Below are positions 46,769 to 57,579 of a stretch of DNA of 64,000 bases, piece by piece. Position 1 is the first letter of the stretch, and each line of letters opens with the position of its first letter. The position numbers and the translations under genes were made by a program. The stretch is from an uncultured Actinomycetota bacterium (GTDB lineage Bacteria > Actinomycetota > Actinomycetes > JAHEKZ01). The notes beneath the pieces were generated by a model. The model had not been told where the DNA came from and made no database searches. It worked only from the letters and a program-made list of their open reading frames with translations. Where the stretch lies: the NCBI GenBank assembly GCA_963718235.1, contig CAVQYR010000001.1:2176001-2240000 (forward strand), in the 5' to 3' direction.

Positions 46769-47434
46769 TTGGGTGAGGCTCGCCTCCTGACGATGACGAC
46801 CGTGCCGGACCGTCCGGCCACTCTCGCCTGCCCGAGGGGGCTCATGGAAGCCAGTCAGCTCGACGCGCTCGTCGACGCCGCGCGCGCGGGGGGTCACTGG
46901 GCGTTCGAGCGCCTGTGGCTCGAGCTGTCGCCCCGGGTGGTCGGCTATCTCAGGGGTCGCGGGGTCACCGATGCCGACGACGTGACCAGCGAGGTGTTCC
47001 TGGCTGCCTTCCAGCGGATCGAGGGATTCGACGGTGACGGGTCGGCCTTTCGCTCGTGGCTGTTCACCATCGCCCACCACAAGGCCGTCGACGCAGCCAG
47101 GCGACGCAGCCGCGCCCCGGCCCTCCTGCCGTACCAGCCGGTCCACGACCTGCCCACCGCCACGAGCGCGGAGCACGAGGCCGTGGCCGCGCGGGAGGTC
47201 GACGAGGTCAAGGACCTGCTGGCGACCCTGTCGCCGGACCAGGCGGAAGTGATGCTGCTGCGCGTTCTGGGGGATCTCAGTGTCGCTGAGGTGGCCGAGG
47301 CAACCGGGCGCAGCCAGGGCGCGGTCAAGCAGCTGCAGCGCCGTGCGGTCGCTCAGCTGCAGCGACGCGTCGAAGAAACTCAGGGCTACCCCGTACCCTC
47401 TGGCCCCTCCTCGACGATTGCCCCTTCGAGATGA
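46769..47434 (+). CDS. ECF RNA polymerase sigma factor
   Basis: ADDVTSEVF, FRSWLFTIAHH (region 2), LSPDQAEV...GRSQGAVKQLQRRA (region 4). Start uncertain. Confidence 0.92.
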   Translation: MGEARLLTMTTVPDRPATLACPRGLMEASQLDALVDAARAGGHWAFERLWLELSPRVVGYLRGRGVTDADDVTSEVFLAAFQRIEGFDGDGSAFRSWLFTIAHHKAVDAARRRSRAPALLPYQPVHDLPTATSAEHEAVAAREVDEVKDLLATLSPDQAEVMLLRVLGDLSVAEVAEATGRSQGAVKQLQRRAVAQLQRRVEETQGYPVPSGPSSTIAPSR

Positions 47435-48255
47435 ACGACGAACAGATCCCCGAGGAGATCGCCCAGCGGCTGAGGCCCCTGGGTCAGGCGCCGGTGCCCG
47501 ACGCCAACCCGGCGCTGGCCGCCTTCCTCGCCGAACCCGTCGTGCCTCTCACCGAGAAGGGCGACCTGTCGGCGACGGCAGCGAGCAACGTCACTGGACC
47601 TGTCGCGGCTTCTGCCGGGCAGGCAGCCGGACTGCCGAAGTGGAGACGCGACATGAAGGAACGACTGAACGGAGTCCTGGCCTCGGCGAGCCGAGCGAGC
47701 CTGGTCGCCAAGGTCATGCTCGGGACCGGGGCGCTCGTCGTCGCCGGGATGGGCAGCGCTGCTGCCGTGAGTGCGGTCGTGGGAAGCGATCCTGCGTCCA
47801 CGCCGGTCGTCCAGACGGTGGACGAGTCCGACGACCCGACCGACCCGGCGGTTGAAGCGACCGAGCCGGCTGTGGACCCGAGCCAGGACGCCACGGACGA
47901 CTCCGCAGACCAGGCAGACGAGGACGGCGACGACCAGGCCGAGGGGCCATCCGGACACCAAGGCGGCGCGGACGACCCGGCGGACGACCCGGCGGACGAC
48001 GCTGACGACCAGGGCGAGGACGCCGACGACCGGGGCGACCAGCACGGCACCTCCGGTGACCAGGACGACGACCAGGACGGGGACCACAGCGGCTCCAGTG
48101 GTTCCGGCGGCTCCGACGACGACCAGGACGGGGACCACAGCGGCTCCAGTGGTTCCGGCGGCTCCGACGACGACCAGGACGACGACTCTGGCGACCACGG
48201 CAGCTCCGGTGGGGGCTCCGACGACGACGACCAGGACGAGCCGGACGACCACTGA
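47431..48255 (+). CDS. Single-TM protein with highly acidic low-complexity tail (candidate anti-sigma factor)
   Basis: ATGA overlap with the sigma stop; TM segment; D/G/S-rich C-terminus. Confidence 0.7.
   Translation: MNDEQIPEEIAQRLRPLGQAPVPDANPALAAFLAEPVVPLTEKGDLSATAASNVTGPVAASAGQAAGLPKWRRDMKERLNGVLASASRASLVAKVMLGTGALVVAGMGSAAAVSAVVGSDPASTPVVQTVDESDDPTDPAVEATEPAVDPSQDATDDSADQADEDGDDQAEGPSGHQGGADDPADDPADDADDQGEDADDRGDQHGTSGDQDDDQDGDHSGSSGSGGSDDDQDGDHSGSSGSGGSDDDQDDDSGDHGSSGGGSDDDDQDEPDDH
48064..48180 (+). repeat. Perfect 51-bp tandem repeat (about 2.3 copies), in frame
   Basis: Unit encodes DDDQDGDHSGSSGSGGS; copies at 48064 and 48115, partial copy at 48166. Confidence 0.9.
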
Positions 48256-48290
48256 GTCCGGGCGAAGGCCACCGCGTCCGACCGCGGAGG

Positions 48291-48320
48291 ACGGGGCGGG
48301 TGGGACTCCACCCGCCCCGT
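48291..48320. terminator. Hairpin between convergent genes
   Basis: Perfect 13-bp stem ACGGGGCGGGTGG-GACT-CCACCCGCCCCGT. Confidence 0.75.
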
Positions 48321-48337
48321 TGCGCTGTCCGAAGTGC

Positions 48338-49792
48338 TCAGGCAGTGCCCGTACGCAGCGAGGGCAGCGGGGGCAGGCCGAGAGACACCGCCGTGCCATG
48401 GCTGGCCTGACGCTCCTCCCAGGCCTGGCCCGCGCGGGTCTGTCGTACCGCGACCACGTCGGCGTCGGACACCAGGTGGTGGGGGGCGCCGTAGGTGATG
48501 GTCACGGTCGCAACGTCTCCGGGCCGTGGCTTGGCAGTGTCTTCGCCCACCGCGAAGTGCACGAGTCGATGGTCCGGCGCCCGTCCACTCATCCGATGGG
48601 TGGCGTCGTCCTTGCGCCCCTCTCCCTCGGCGACCAGCACTTCGACCGTGCGACCGACGTGGGACCGGTTCTCCTCCAGGGCGATCTCGTCGACGAGGGT
48701 GACCAGCCGCTCGTAGCGCTCCTGCACGACCGGCTTCGGCACCTGACCGAGCATGTCCGCGGCCGGGGTGCCGGGCCGCTTGGAGTACTGGAAGGTGTAC
48801 GCACCGGCGAACCGCGCTGCGCGCACGACGTCAAGGGTCGCCTCGAAATCGTCGTCGGACTCCCCGGGGAACCCCACGATGACATCGGTGGTGATGGCCG
48901 CGTGCGGGATCGCCGCCCGCACCCGGTCGATGATCCCGAGGTAGCGCTCCTGCCGGTACGAGCGACGCATGGCCTTCAGCACGGCGTCCGAACCCGACTG
49001 CAGGGGCATGTGCAGGGAGGGCATGACGTTCGGGGTCTCGGCCATCGCGGCGATGACGTCGTCGGTGAAGTCACGCGGGTGCGGGCTGGTGAAGCGCACC
49101 CGCTCCAGACCCTCGATGTCTCCACAGGCGCGCAGCAGCTTGGAGAACGCAGTGCGGTCGCCGAACTCCGCGCCGTAGGAGTTCACGTTCTGCCCCAGCA
49201 GGGTCACCTCGATGACGCCCTGGTCGACCAGCGCCCGCACCTCGGCCAGCACGTCGCCGGGCCTTCGGTCCTTCTCCACTCCGCGCAGCGCCGGCACGAT
49301 GCAGAACGTGCACGTGTTGTTGCAGCCGACGCTGATCGACACCCAGGCCGCGTAGACCGACTCACGCCGGGTGGGCAGCGTCGACGGGAAGACCTCGAGG
49401 GACTCCAGGATCTCGACCTGCGCCTCCTGCTGCACCCGCGCCCGGTCGAGCAGAGCCGGTAGTGCCCCCAGGTTGTGGGTGCCGAAGACGACATCGACCC
49501 ACGGGGCCCGACGGGTGATCTCGCTGCGGTCCTTCTGGGCCAGGCACCCACCGACCGCGATCTGCATCCCCGGCCGCTCGGCCTTCACCGGAGCGAGGTG
49601 CCCGAGGTTGCCGTACAGCCGGTTGTCGGCGTTCTCCCGGACGGCGCAGGTGTTGAACACCACGACGTCGGCGTCGCCGTCCTCGGCTGCCTGGACGTAA
49701 CCGGCCGCCTCCAGCGTGCCCGCCAGGCGCTCGGAGTCATGGGCGTTCATCTGGCAGCCGTAGGTGCGGATCTCATACGTGCGAGCGGTCAC
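48338..49792 (-). CDS. miaB: tRNA-2-methylthio-N6-dimethylallyladenosine synthase
   Basis: [33 protein letters not shown] domain. Confidence 0.97.
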   Translation of the reverse strand: MTARTYEIRTYGCQMNAHDSERLAGTLEAAGYVQAAEDGDADVVVFNTCAVRENADNRLYGNLGHLAPVKAERPGMQIAVGGCLAQKDRSEITRRAPWVDVVFGTHNLGALPALLDRARVQQEAQVEILESLEVFPSTLPTRRESVYAAWVSISVGCNNTCTFCIVPALRGVEKDRRPGDVLAEVRALVDQGVIEVTLLGQNVNSYGAEFGDRTAFSKLLRACGDIEGLERVRFTSPHPRDFTDDVIAAMAETPNVMPSLHMPLQSGSDAVLKAMRRSYRQERYLGIIDRVRAAIPHAAITTDVIVGFPGESDDDFEATLDVVRAARFAGAYTFQYSKRPGTPAADMLGQVPKPVVQERYERLVTLVDEIALEENRSHVGRTVEVLVAEGEGRKDDATHRMSGRAPDHRLVHFAVGEDTAKPRPGDVATVTITYGAPHHLVSDADVVAVRQTRAGQAWEERQASHGTAVSLGLPPLPSLRTGTA

Positions 49793-49860
49793 GGTCGCCC
49801 AGCGTAGGTCCCCAGCGAACTCACGAGAAACCATGTGCGTCCACCGGATAGGTTGCGGGA

Positions 49861-51810
49861 ATGACCCAAACGCTCCCGTACGGATCCTGGCCGTCCCCGA
49901 TCACTGCCGCAGACGTCGCACGCGGGACCCGGTCGCTGTCCTACCCCGGGGTGGTCGCTGGTCCCGAGGGCCTGGCGGTCTGGTGGGTCGAGGGCCGGCC
50001 GGAGAACGACGGCCGGTACGCGTTGGTAGGGCGTCTACTCGATGGCGGGAGCGTCGCTGACGTCCTGCCCGCCGCATGGAACCCGCGGAGTCGAATCATT
50101 GAGTACGGCGCGAGACCATGGGTCGCCATCCCCGGCGGTGGCGTCGTGTTCACGTTCTGGGACGACCAGCGGCTGTACCTGAAGCCTGCCGACGCGCAGC
50201 CTCATCCCCTGACGGTTGCGCCCGATGACGCCACCGAGCATCGCTACGGTGAACCGATCGTCTCCCCCGACGGTCAGTCAGTCTGGGCGGTACGCGAGAC
50301 CCACCGCGCAGGCGAGGTGTCACGAGCCGTCGTCTCGGTGCCCCTCGACGGATCGGCGGCCGATGACGACGACTCCGTTCACGTGCTCGCCGACGGACAC
50401 GACTTCTTCGCTGCGCCGGTCGCGTCACCCGACGGGCAGCGTCTGGCCTACATCGCCTGGGACCACCCCCGCATGCCTTGGGACGGCACCACGCTGTGCG
50501 TCGTCGACCTTGCGAGAGGCCAGGCGCCGCGTGCCCTGATCGGCGGCGAGGACGAGTCGGTCCTCAACCCGCTGTGGGCCGACGACGGCTCGCTGTACTG
50601 CCTCACCGACCGGACCGGCTGGTGGCTCCCCCACCGCGTTGACGTCGGCACGGCATCGGCCACGCCCCTCGTCGAGCGGGACGAGGAGTTCGGCCAGGCG
50701 TTGTGGGAGCTGGGTCTCACCACCATGCAGCCTCTCGACGACGGCCGCCTCGTGGTGCTCCACGGGCGAGGCGAGGCGCAGATGTCACTGCTCGACCCGG
50801 TGACCGGGGACCTCGAGCCGGTCGCCGCCGGGCTCGGCTGGCACGAGGAACTGGGCGTCCACGGCCAGCACGTGGCCGGCGTCGCGGGGAGTGCGACTAC
50901 CCCGAACACCGTCGTGGTCGTCAATGCCGCCGACTCGTCGGTGTCGCCGCTGCGCGCCAGCACCGACCACGTTCCCGACGCTCGCTACCTGTCCGAGTCG
51001 CACCCTGAGACGTTTCCCAGCGTGAACGGTCGGGTCGTTCACGCGCACGTGTACCCGCCCCACAACGGTGACTGCGTGGCTCCCACCGGCGAGCATCCGC
51101 CCTACCTGGCGTTCGTGCACGGCGGCCCGACGTCGCACGTCGCACCGGGGCTCTCGCTGATGAAGGCGTACTTCACCAGCCGTGGCATCGGCGTCATCGA
51201 CGTCAACTACGGTGGCTCGACCGGATACGGCCGCGCTTACCGCAACCTGTTGCGGGGCCAATGGGGGGTTGTCGACGTCGAGGACACGGTGGCGGCGGTG
51301 CGAGCCCTCGCTGACCGTGGTGACGCCGACAGCGCCCGGCTGGGGATTCGAGGGGGCAGCGCCGGCGGCTGGACGACATTGGCCGCACTTGCGACCTCGA
51401 CGGCCTTCGGCGCCGGCGCAGCGTACTTCCCGGTGACCGACCTGATCCCGTTCGCCGAGGACACCCACGACTTCGAGTCCCGCTACCTCGACACCCTCGT
51501 TGGACCACTCCCCGAGGCGCACGCGCTGTACGTCGAGCGGTCACCGATGTCCCACCTGGACACCCTCGACGCACCGGTCCTGCTGCTGCAGGGCGACGAC
51601 GACAAGATCGTGCCGCCGTCGCAGCCGCAGGCCGTCGCCGACGCGCTGGCCGCCAAGGGGGTGCCGCACGCCTACCTTCTCTTCGCCGGCGAGCAGCACG
51701 GCTTCCGCAAGGCGGAGAACATCATCACCGCACTCGAGGCCGAGCTCTCGTTCTTCGGGCAGGTGTTCGGCTTCGACCCGCCCGGTGTCCCGCGGCTGAC
51801 CCTGCAGTAG
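49861..51810 (+). CDS. S9 family peptidase
   Basis: [28 protein letters not shown] and GEQHGF catalytic triad. Confidence 0.93.
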   Translation: MTQTLPYGSWPSPITAADVARGTRSLSYPGVVAGPEGLAVWWVEGRPENDGRYALVGRLLDGGSVADVLPAAWNPRSRIIEYGARPWVAIPGGGVVFTFWDDQRLYLKPADAQPHPLTVAPDDATEHRYGEPIVSPDGQSVWAVRETHRAGEVSRAVVSVPLDGSAADDDDSVHVLADGHDFFAAPVASPDGQRLAYIAWDHPRMPWDGTTLCVVDLARGQAPRALIGGEDESVLNPLWADDGSLYCLTDRTGWWLPHRVDVGTASATPLVERDEEFGQALWELGLTTMQPLDDGRLVVLHGRGEAQMSLLDPVTGDLEPVAAGLGWHEELGVHGQHVAGVAGSATTPNTVVVVNAADSSVSPLRASTDHVPDARYLSESHPETFPSVNGRVVHAHVYPPHNGDCVAPTGEHPPYLAFVHGGPTSHVAPGLSLMKAYFTSRGIGVIDVNYGGSTGYGRAYRNLLRGQWGVVDVEDTVAAVRALADRGDADSARLGIRGGSAGGWTTLAALATSTAFGAGAAYFPVTDLIPFAEDTHDFESRYLDTLVGPLPEAHALYVERSPMSHLDTLDAPVLLLQGDDDKIVPPSQPQAVADALAAKGVPHAYLLFAGEQHGFRKAENIITALEAELSFFGQVFGFDPPGVPRLTLQ

Positions 51811-51867
51811 ACCCGCGAGCGACCAAGGCCTCTGCCGCACGCGGTCCGGGACGGGCAGCCTGAGGGT

Positions 51868-52674
51868 ATGAGGCTGACCAGGGCAGCGTTCGTGACCATC
51901 GCGTTGGTGGTGGCCCTGCTCGGTGTCGCAGTTCCGGCTCCAGCAGCCCGACCCCCGGAGGGGCTGATGGGAACGGTGTGGACCGTCGTCCCGACCCAGC
52001 GCCCGCGGATCGTGCTGACCTTCGACTGCGGTGCGAACGCCGACGGCCTCCCGTCGATCCTGCAGACGTTGCAGGACAAGCGGGTGACCCGGGCCACGTT
52101 CTTCATGACCGGGAGCTGGGCTCAGGTGTACCCCGACCTCGCCCGGGCCGTCGCCGACGCCGGGTACACGATCGGCAACCACACGATGACGCACCCGAAC
52201 CTGACCCTGCTCGACGAGGCGGCCATCCGGCTCGAGCTGCGCAACGGCCGCCTGACCGTGCGCACGGTGACCGGTGTCGAGCCGAAACCGTGGTTCCGCT
52301 TCCCCTACGGCGCCCGCGACGCCCGAACGCTCGGTCTGGTCAACTCGATCGGCTGGGTCGCCATCGGCTGGAGCATCGACACCCTGGGCTGGAAGGGGAC
52401 GTCCGGTGGGCAGACCGTGGAGACCGTCGTCCAGCGGGTCGTCGACGGGCTGGTGCCGGGTGCCATCGTGCTGATGCACGTCGGCTCCAACCCCCAAGAC
52501 CACACCACGCTGGACGCCGACGCGCTGCCAACGGTGATCGACCAGGTGCGCGCGCTCGGCTACCGGTTCCTGCCGCTGCCGGCACTGCTGAGGTCGTCGG
52601 CGGTCACCACGCCCGTTGCTCTGCCGACCAGCCACGTGGTCGTGAGCATGAGCACGACCGCGCCCGTCAGGTAG
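51868..52674 (+). CDS. Secreted polysaccharide deacetylase (NodB family)
   Basis: Signal peptide; TFDCG, NHTMTH, FRFPYG, IVLMH. Confidence 0.88.
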   Translation: MRLTRAAFVTIALVVALLGVAVPAPAARPPEGLMGTVWTVVPTQRPRIVLTFDCGANADGLPSILQTLQDKRVTRATFFMTGSWAQVYPDLARAVADAGYTIGNHTMTHPNLTLLDEAAIRLELRNGRLTVRTVTGVEPKPWFRFPYGARDARTLGLVNSIGWVAIGWSIDTLGWKGTSGGQTVETVVQRVVDGLVPGAIVLMHVGSNPQDHTTLDADALPTVIDQVRALGYRFLPLPALLRSSAVTTPVALPTSHVVVSMSTTAPVR

Positions 52675-53279
52675 CCGGCCACCACGTCGGTGGTCCAGTG
52701 CACGGCCAGGACGAGTCGACTGGCCGCGATCCCCACGCCCAGCAGCGCGAGGCTGGCGACCACCCAGCCCCGTCGTCCCTCCCGCAGGACCCACCAGGCC
52801 AGGACGGCCAGCGCTCCGTACCCGTAGACAGCCACCGAGGCGTGCCCGGAAGGGAAGCTCGCCGTGGTGGCCTGCCACAGCAGGCCGTTGGTGGGGGGCC
52901 GGTCGCGCGCCACCAGCTCCTTGAGCCCCCAGGTGGCCAGCCAACCGGCGACCAGGGTCAGCAGCAGCCACCAGCCGAGCAGGGCGCGGCCGCGCCTGAG
53001 CTGGTCCCAGGCGGTGACTGCGGCAACCGGGACCACGACCAGGGCGAGCCCGGCCACGGACAGGAGGCGGGCGGGAGTCACCGCCCAGAGGTGCACGCTG
53101 GTCCAGGCAACCTGCTGGTCATGACGTGCGGCGTCCAGGTCGACCAGGGGCGGCCACTGGACGAGCACGGCGACCACGAGCACCAGGACCACCGCCCCGA
53201 GCACTGCAGCGCCCATGAGCAGCGGCTCGCGTGGGGTTCGGGCCACCCGACGCCACGGTGTCGACGTCGGCTCGGTCAT
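52560..53279 (-). CDS. PAP2 family phosphatase
   Basis: KELVARDRP, SFPSGH, SRLVLAVHWTTDV. Confidence 0.9.
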   Translation of the reverse strand: MTEPTSTPWRRVARTPREPLLMGAAVLGAVVLVLVVAVLVQWPPLVDLDAARHDQQVAWTSVHLWAVTPARLLSVAGLALVVVPVAAVTAWDQLRRGRALLGWWLLLTLVAGWLATWGLKELVARDRPPTNGLLWQATTASFPSGHASVAVYGYGALAVLAWWVLREGRRGWVVASLALLGVGIAASRLVLAVHWTTDVVAGYLTGAVVLMLTTTWLVGRATGVVTADDLSSAGSGRNR

Positions 53280-53412
53280 AGCGACCAGCCTAGGGCGGCG
53301 CCGCCCTCCCTCGACTCTGGCGTCGGCACGCCGTCGACACGCCGTTAGCTGGCGCGTCGAACAGGCAGAAGATGAGGTCCGAAACGGTCGAACATGCAGA
53401 TCATCTGCATGA

Positions 53413-53988
53413 TCAACTTGGGGGGTGGGCGTGGGGGTTGGGGTCGGGGTGGGCGGCGAGGGCTTCGCGGACGACGGCCATCGCCAGCCCCGAGGAGTAG
53501 CCCTTGCGCGCCAGCATCGCGACGAGCCGCCGGGTCGCAACCTCGGCCGGCACCGCCCTGAGACCGTCCAGCCGTCGACGGACCAGCGCCTCGGCCGCGC
53601 GTCGCTCGTCGTCGGAGTCGACTGCGTCGACCGCCGCTCGGAGGGTCTCATCGGCCACCCCGCGCTGGCGCAGCTCATAGGCCAGGGCCCGTCGGGCCAG
53701 CCCCTTGCCCGCGTGCCGTGACTGCACCCACGCCTGCGCGAACGCCTCGTCGTCGACGTAGCCCAGCTCGCTGAACCGGTCGAGCACCTGCTCACCGACG
53801 TCGTCGGGGACACCGCGTCGGTGCATCGCCTGGACCAGCTGGGTCCTGGTCCGCGGACCGTTGGTGAGCTGGCGCAGCACGATCGCCCGGGCGATCTCGT
53901 GGGGGTCGGCGTCGGGACCGCTGGCCGCCGCCGTCCCCGGCGTGGGCCCGTCGGCCACGCCGGCCCGGGTGGCGGTTCGTCGAGCCAT
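53413..53988 (-). CDS. recX: Regulatory protein RecX
   Basis: GYVDDEAFA, ELRQRGV, MLARKGY; immediately downstream of recA. Confidence 0.95.
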   Translation of the reverse strand: MARRTATRAGVADGPTPGTAAASGPDADPHEIARAIVLRQLTNGPRTRTQLVQAMHRRGVPDDVGEQVLDRFSELGYVDDEAFAQAWVQSRHAGKGLARRALAYELRQRGVADETLRAAVDAVDSDDERRAAEALVRRRLDGLRAVPAEVATRRLVAMLARKGYSSGLAMAVVREALAAHPDPNPHAHPPS

Positions 53989-53992
53989 GGGC

Positions 53993-56125
53993 TCAGAAGT
54001 CCACCGGTGCGGGCTCGGCAGCGGTCAGGTCGACGTCGACCCGGGGACCGACACCCAGCTTCTCCTTGATCTTCTTCTCGATCTCGTCGGCCAGGTCGGG
54101 GTTGTCGAGCAGGAAGGTGCGGGCGTTCTCCTTGCCCTGGCCCAGCTGGTCGCCCTCGTAGGTGTACCAGGCACCGGACTTGCGGACGAAACCGTGCTCG
54201 ACCCCCATGTCGATGAGACCCCCCTCGCGGGAGATGCCGTGCCCGTAGAGGATGTCGAACTCCGCCTGCTTGAACGGCGGCGCCATCTTGTTCTTCACGA
54301 CCTTGACCCGGGTGCGGTTGCCGACCGCGTCGGTGCCGTCCTTCAGCGTCTCGATCCGGCGCACGTCGAGTCGGATCGAGGAGTAGAACTTCAGCGCCCG
54401 CCCACCCGTGGTCGTCTCAGGACTGTTGTGCACCATCACACCGTCGACGAAATAGTTGTGGTTGCCCTCGACCTCGAGGTCGAACTTCTGCATCGACCGG
54501 GTCGGCGGCTTGACCTTGATCTCGAGTACCCGCGCCGGCACCGGTCGCAGTCTCGAGTCGACGAACTCGGGAACGACGGTGAACTGGCCCCGGAAGCGCT
54601 CGAGCAGCTTGTGCTGCATGGAGGGGTGCACGTAGGGCGCGATGAGCGCGTGCAGCTTCGCCGTCTCGTCCTTGGCGAACGACAGCACTGCCTTCTGTCG
54701 TGCCCCGCGCAGAGTCAGGGTCGGGTGGAGATCGAACGCGCCCGCCAGGTGCTCCACGAGCCGGCTCCGGCTGTCCGGGCTCATCGCCTCGACACAGATC
54801 TCACTGCGACCACTGCCCTCGCGGGTACGCGCTTGAAGACCCTTCGCACGCGAGCTGAAGGAGCCGTCATCCATGTACCAGACCGCAAGACTCAGCGGAG
54901 TGAGCTTCTTGAGGTAGTCCCACGACAGGACCTTGTGACCGGCCAGGTAGACCGCATCGCGCAGCTCGGCCAGCTCCGGCAGCGGAGTGAGGTCGACGAA
55001 CGCCGCACCCTTGGCATTCACGCGACGGCTCTGGGCGATGTTGCCGAAGAGCGAGGCCTTCCAGTCGAGGTACTCGACCTGCTTGGCGCCGTGTCCCATC
55101 CGGAAGCGGGTGCCGTTGCGGCCACGTGTGTTGGGAGACAGCGCACCATCACCCATCAGGCCACCGAGCACCACCTGCCACTGCTGCTCGCTGAGCTGGA
55201 CCGGCTCGGCCACCATGACCCGGTCTCCGGCAACCAGCTCACCCGCTGCTCGCCACCCACCAGGGGTGCGGACCAGATGGTTCTCGGTCGCTGCGAACTG
55301 CGCACGGCCGTTGCCACCGGACTTGGCCACGGTGAACTGCAGGAACTGCTCAGCCTTGCCGTTGTCGAACCAGTTGACGACCTTGCGTGGCTCGATCCGG
55401 TCGGACTCGGAGTTGTACGACAGCACTTCGACGTCGAGCTTCTGGTTGACGATCCGACCGATCTTCTCCGATGTGCCGTCGGCGAGCGTGACCCGGGTGT
55501 TGTAGGAGAAACAGCCGAACATCACACCGATCTTCTCGCGCAGCTGGTTGATGAAGATCGCTGTGGTGTTGGACTGCGACAGCCCACCGGTCATCTTGCG
55601 CAGCGCCTGCGACATCAGCCGGGCCTGCAGGCCGACGTGGCTGTCGCCCATCTCGCCCTCGATCTCCGCCCGCGGCACCAGCGCGGCCACCGAGTCGATG
55701 ACCAGGATGTCGATCGCACCGGAGCGCACCAGCATGTCGGCGATCTCCAGCGCCTGCTCACCGGTGTCCGGCTGGGAGACCAGCAGTGCGTCGGTGTCGA
55801 CACCGAGCTTCTTGGCGTAGTCGGGGTCGAGGGCGTGCTCGGCGTCGATGAAGGCCGCGATGCCACCGGCCCGCTGCGCGCTCGCCACCGAGTGCAGCGC
55901 GACCGTGGTCTTGCCGCTGGACTCAGGTCCGTAGATCTCCACGACCCGGCCACGCGGCAGCCCACCGATGCCCAGAGCGACGTCGAGGGCGATCGAGCCG
56001 GTCGGGATGACCTCGACCGGGGCCCGGCCCTCGTCACCGAGCCTCATGACCGAGCCCTTGCCGAACTGGCGCTCGATCTGGGCGAGTGCGGTGTCGAGCG
56101 CCTTGTCGCGGTCTGCCGATGCCAT
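53993..56125 (-). CDS. recA: Recombinase RecA precursor containing an intein
   Basis: [28 protein letters not shown]|intein|[14 protein letters not shown]; spliced product is 347 aa. Confidence 0.98.
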   Translation of the reverse strand: MASADRDKALDTALAQIERQFGKGSVMRLGDEGRAPVEVIPTGSIALDVALGIGGLPRGRVVEIYGPESSGKTTVALHSVASAQRAGGIAAFIDAEHALDPDYAKKLGVDTDALLVSQPDTGEQALEIADMLVRSGAIDILVIDSVAALVPRAEIEGEMGDSHVGLQARLMSQALRKMTGGLSQSNTTAIFINQLREKIGVMFGCFSYNTRVTLADGTSEKIGRIVNQKLDVEVLSYNSESDRIEPRKVVNWFDNGKAEQFLQFTVAKSGGNGRAQFAATENHLVRTPGGWRAAGELVAGDRVMVAEPVQLSEQQWQVVLGGLMGDGALSPNTRGRNGTRFRMGHGAKQVEYLDWKASLFGNIAQSRRVNAKGAAFVDLTPLPELAELRDAVYLAGHKVLSWDYLKKLTPLSLAVWYMDDGSFSSRAKGLQARTREGSGRSEICVEAMSPDSRSRLVEHLAGAFDLHPTLTLRGARQKAVLSFAKDETAKLHALIAPYVHPSMQHKLLERFRGQFTVVPEFVDSRLRPVPARVLEIKVKPPTRSMQKFDLEVEGNHNYFVDGVMVHNSPETTTGGRALKFYSSIRLDVRRIETLKDGTDAVGNRTRVKVVKNKMAPPFKQAEFDILYGHGISREGGLIDMGVEHGFVRKSGAWYTYEGDQLGQGKENARTFLLDNPDLADEIEKKIKEKLGVGPRVDVDLTAAEPAPVDF
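54425..55513 (-). mobile_element. Intein with LAGLIDADG homing endonuclease (363 aa)
   Basis: Starts CFSYNTRV; block B TENH; LAGLIDADG motifs LGGLMGDG and LAVWYMDDG; ends VMVHN followed by +1 Ser. Confidence 0.95.
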
Positions 56126-56200
56126 GGGAACGCCCCTCGCGGGTCTCGTGGGCGGCCGTGGCCGGCCCGGTGGTCTGGTGGTGCCTGGTGGACGTGGGCG

Positions 56201-56222
56201 ACGCTACGGGTGGACTCCGACA
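56201..56222 (-). promoter_or_regulatory. PafBC-type (RecA-NDp) promoter of recA
   Basis: Minus strand TGTCGG-N10-TAGCGT. Confidence 0.75.
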
Positions 56223-56280
56223 GTTCCGGCTCGGCCGGTGACTTCGGGGATCGCCGTCCACCGCGTAGGTCGTGGGGAAG

Positions 56281-56303
56281 ACGCTAACCGAACACGTGTT
56301 CGA
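56281..56303 (-). promoter_or_regulatory. LexA box adjacent to the -10 of a second recA promoter
   Basis: CCGAAC-ACGT-GTTCGA (56288-56303) next to minus-strand TAGCGT (56286-56281). Confidence 0.8.
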
Positions 56304-56334
56304 GCGCGATCCCGACACGCCGTATGTCGACGAC

Positions 56335-57579
56335 CTAGCGGGACGCCGCGGCCAGGGGACGCCGGGCCAGCCGAAGCAGCAGCACCACCAGGGGCACCAG
56401 CACCAGGGCGGCCACCAGGTTCAGCCACCCGTATCCACCGACCGCCACGACCACCCCGGCCACGACCCCGGCGGCCGCTCCGGCCAGGTTCATCAGCGTG
56501 TCCCCGGCCCCCTGGACGCCCGGTCGGTCGGCCTCGGGGGCCGACTCGGTGATCAGGGCCGAGCCGCACACCAGGGTGAACGACCACCCGAGACCCAGCA
56601 GGAACAGCCCCAGCCCGAGCCGCGGCACGTCGTCGCCGGGCGCGGTGCCTGCGACCACAGTCGACACGAGCAGCACCACCACGCCGATCACGATCCCCCG
56701 ACGCGCACCGAACCGGTCGGCAAACCAGCCGACCAGCGGGCTCAACGCGTACATGCCCAGGATGTGCACGCTGATGACCAGCCCGATCACCGACAGCGTG
56801 ACGTCGACGTGTTGCATGTGCACCGGTGTCATCACCATGACCATGACCATCACCGCGTGCCCGACTGCGAGCGCCGTCAGTCCGAGCACTGCGCCGGGTG
56901 AGGTGCGCAGCGCGTCACGGACTTCCGCCATCGTCGCGCGCGTGGGCGCCTCGTGCACCCCACGCGTGCGCCGCTCGGTGAGCAACGGGTCCGGCCGCAG
57001 TCCGACGAAGATGACGACTGCTCCGGTCAGCAGCGCGGTCGCCGTCACGAGGTAAGGACCGGTGAGCGGCGGCAGCCCAACGGCGTCTGCGACCTCGGAC
57101 GCCGGCTGCATCACGTTGGGTCCGAGGACCGCCCCGACCGTGGTGGCCCACACGACCAGCGACAGCGAGCGGGCCACCCGCTGCGGGTCGGCCAGGTCGG
57201 TGGCCGTGTAGCGCGCCTGCAGCCCGGCCGCCGTGGCCGCCCCCACCAGGAAGGTCCCGAGCAGGATCAGCGGCAGCACCTCCAGCGTGCCGGCAACGAT
57301 CACGACCAGCGCCCCCACGCCGCCGGCGAGCAGTCCCATGGACAGCCCCGGACGGCGTCCGCGTCGGTTGCTGACCGCGGCCAGCGGAACCGCGGCCGCA
57401 GCGGCTCCCAGCACCCCGGAGGTCTGGGCGAGCCCGGCCCACGCCTCCGACCCGGTCACGTCGGCCACCAGCAGGCTGCCGGCCGCGACCCCGCTCGCGA
57501 CGCCCACCCCGCTGAGCACCTGCGTCGTCGACAGCACCCCGATGGTGCGCCGCTGCACCGCGACCAGGTCGACGCTCAC
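56335..57579 (-). CDS. MFS transporter
   Basis: About 12 TM helices; RRGRRPGL, QARYTATD, GWFADRFG. Confidence 0.9.
   Translation of the reverse strand: MSVDLVAVQRRTIGVLSTTQVLSGVGVASGVAAGSLLVADVTGSEAWAGLAQTSGVLGAAAAAVPLAAVSNRRGRRPGLSMGLLAGGVGALVVIVAGTLEVLPLILLGTFLVGAATAAGLQARYTATDLADPQRVARSLSLVVWATTVGAVLGPNVMQPASEVADAVGLPPLTGPYLVTATALLTGAVVIFVGLRPDPLLTERRTRGVHEAPTRATMAEVRDALRTSPGAVLGLTALAVGHAVMVMVMVMTPVHMQHVDVTLSVIGLVISVHILGMYALSPLVGWFADRFGARRGIVIGVVVLLVSTVVAGTAPGDDVPRLGLGLFLLGLGWSFTLVCGSALITESAPEADRPGVQGAGDTLMNLAGAAAGVVAGVVVAVGGYGWLNLVAALVLVPLVVLLLRLARRPLAAASR

Noticed and set aside
48064-48180. Direct repeats as a CRISPR array
   Set aside because: Contiguous in-frame coding repeats with no spacers and no cas genes.
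53861-56287. Long antisense/alternative ORFs (e.g. 53861-56287, 57805-60660, 43165-45198, 36215-37606)
   Set aside because: Shadow ORFs expected from high-GC codon bias opposite or overlapping well-supported genes.
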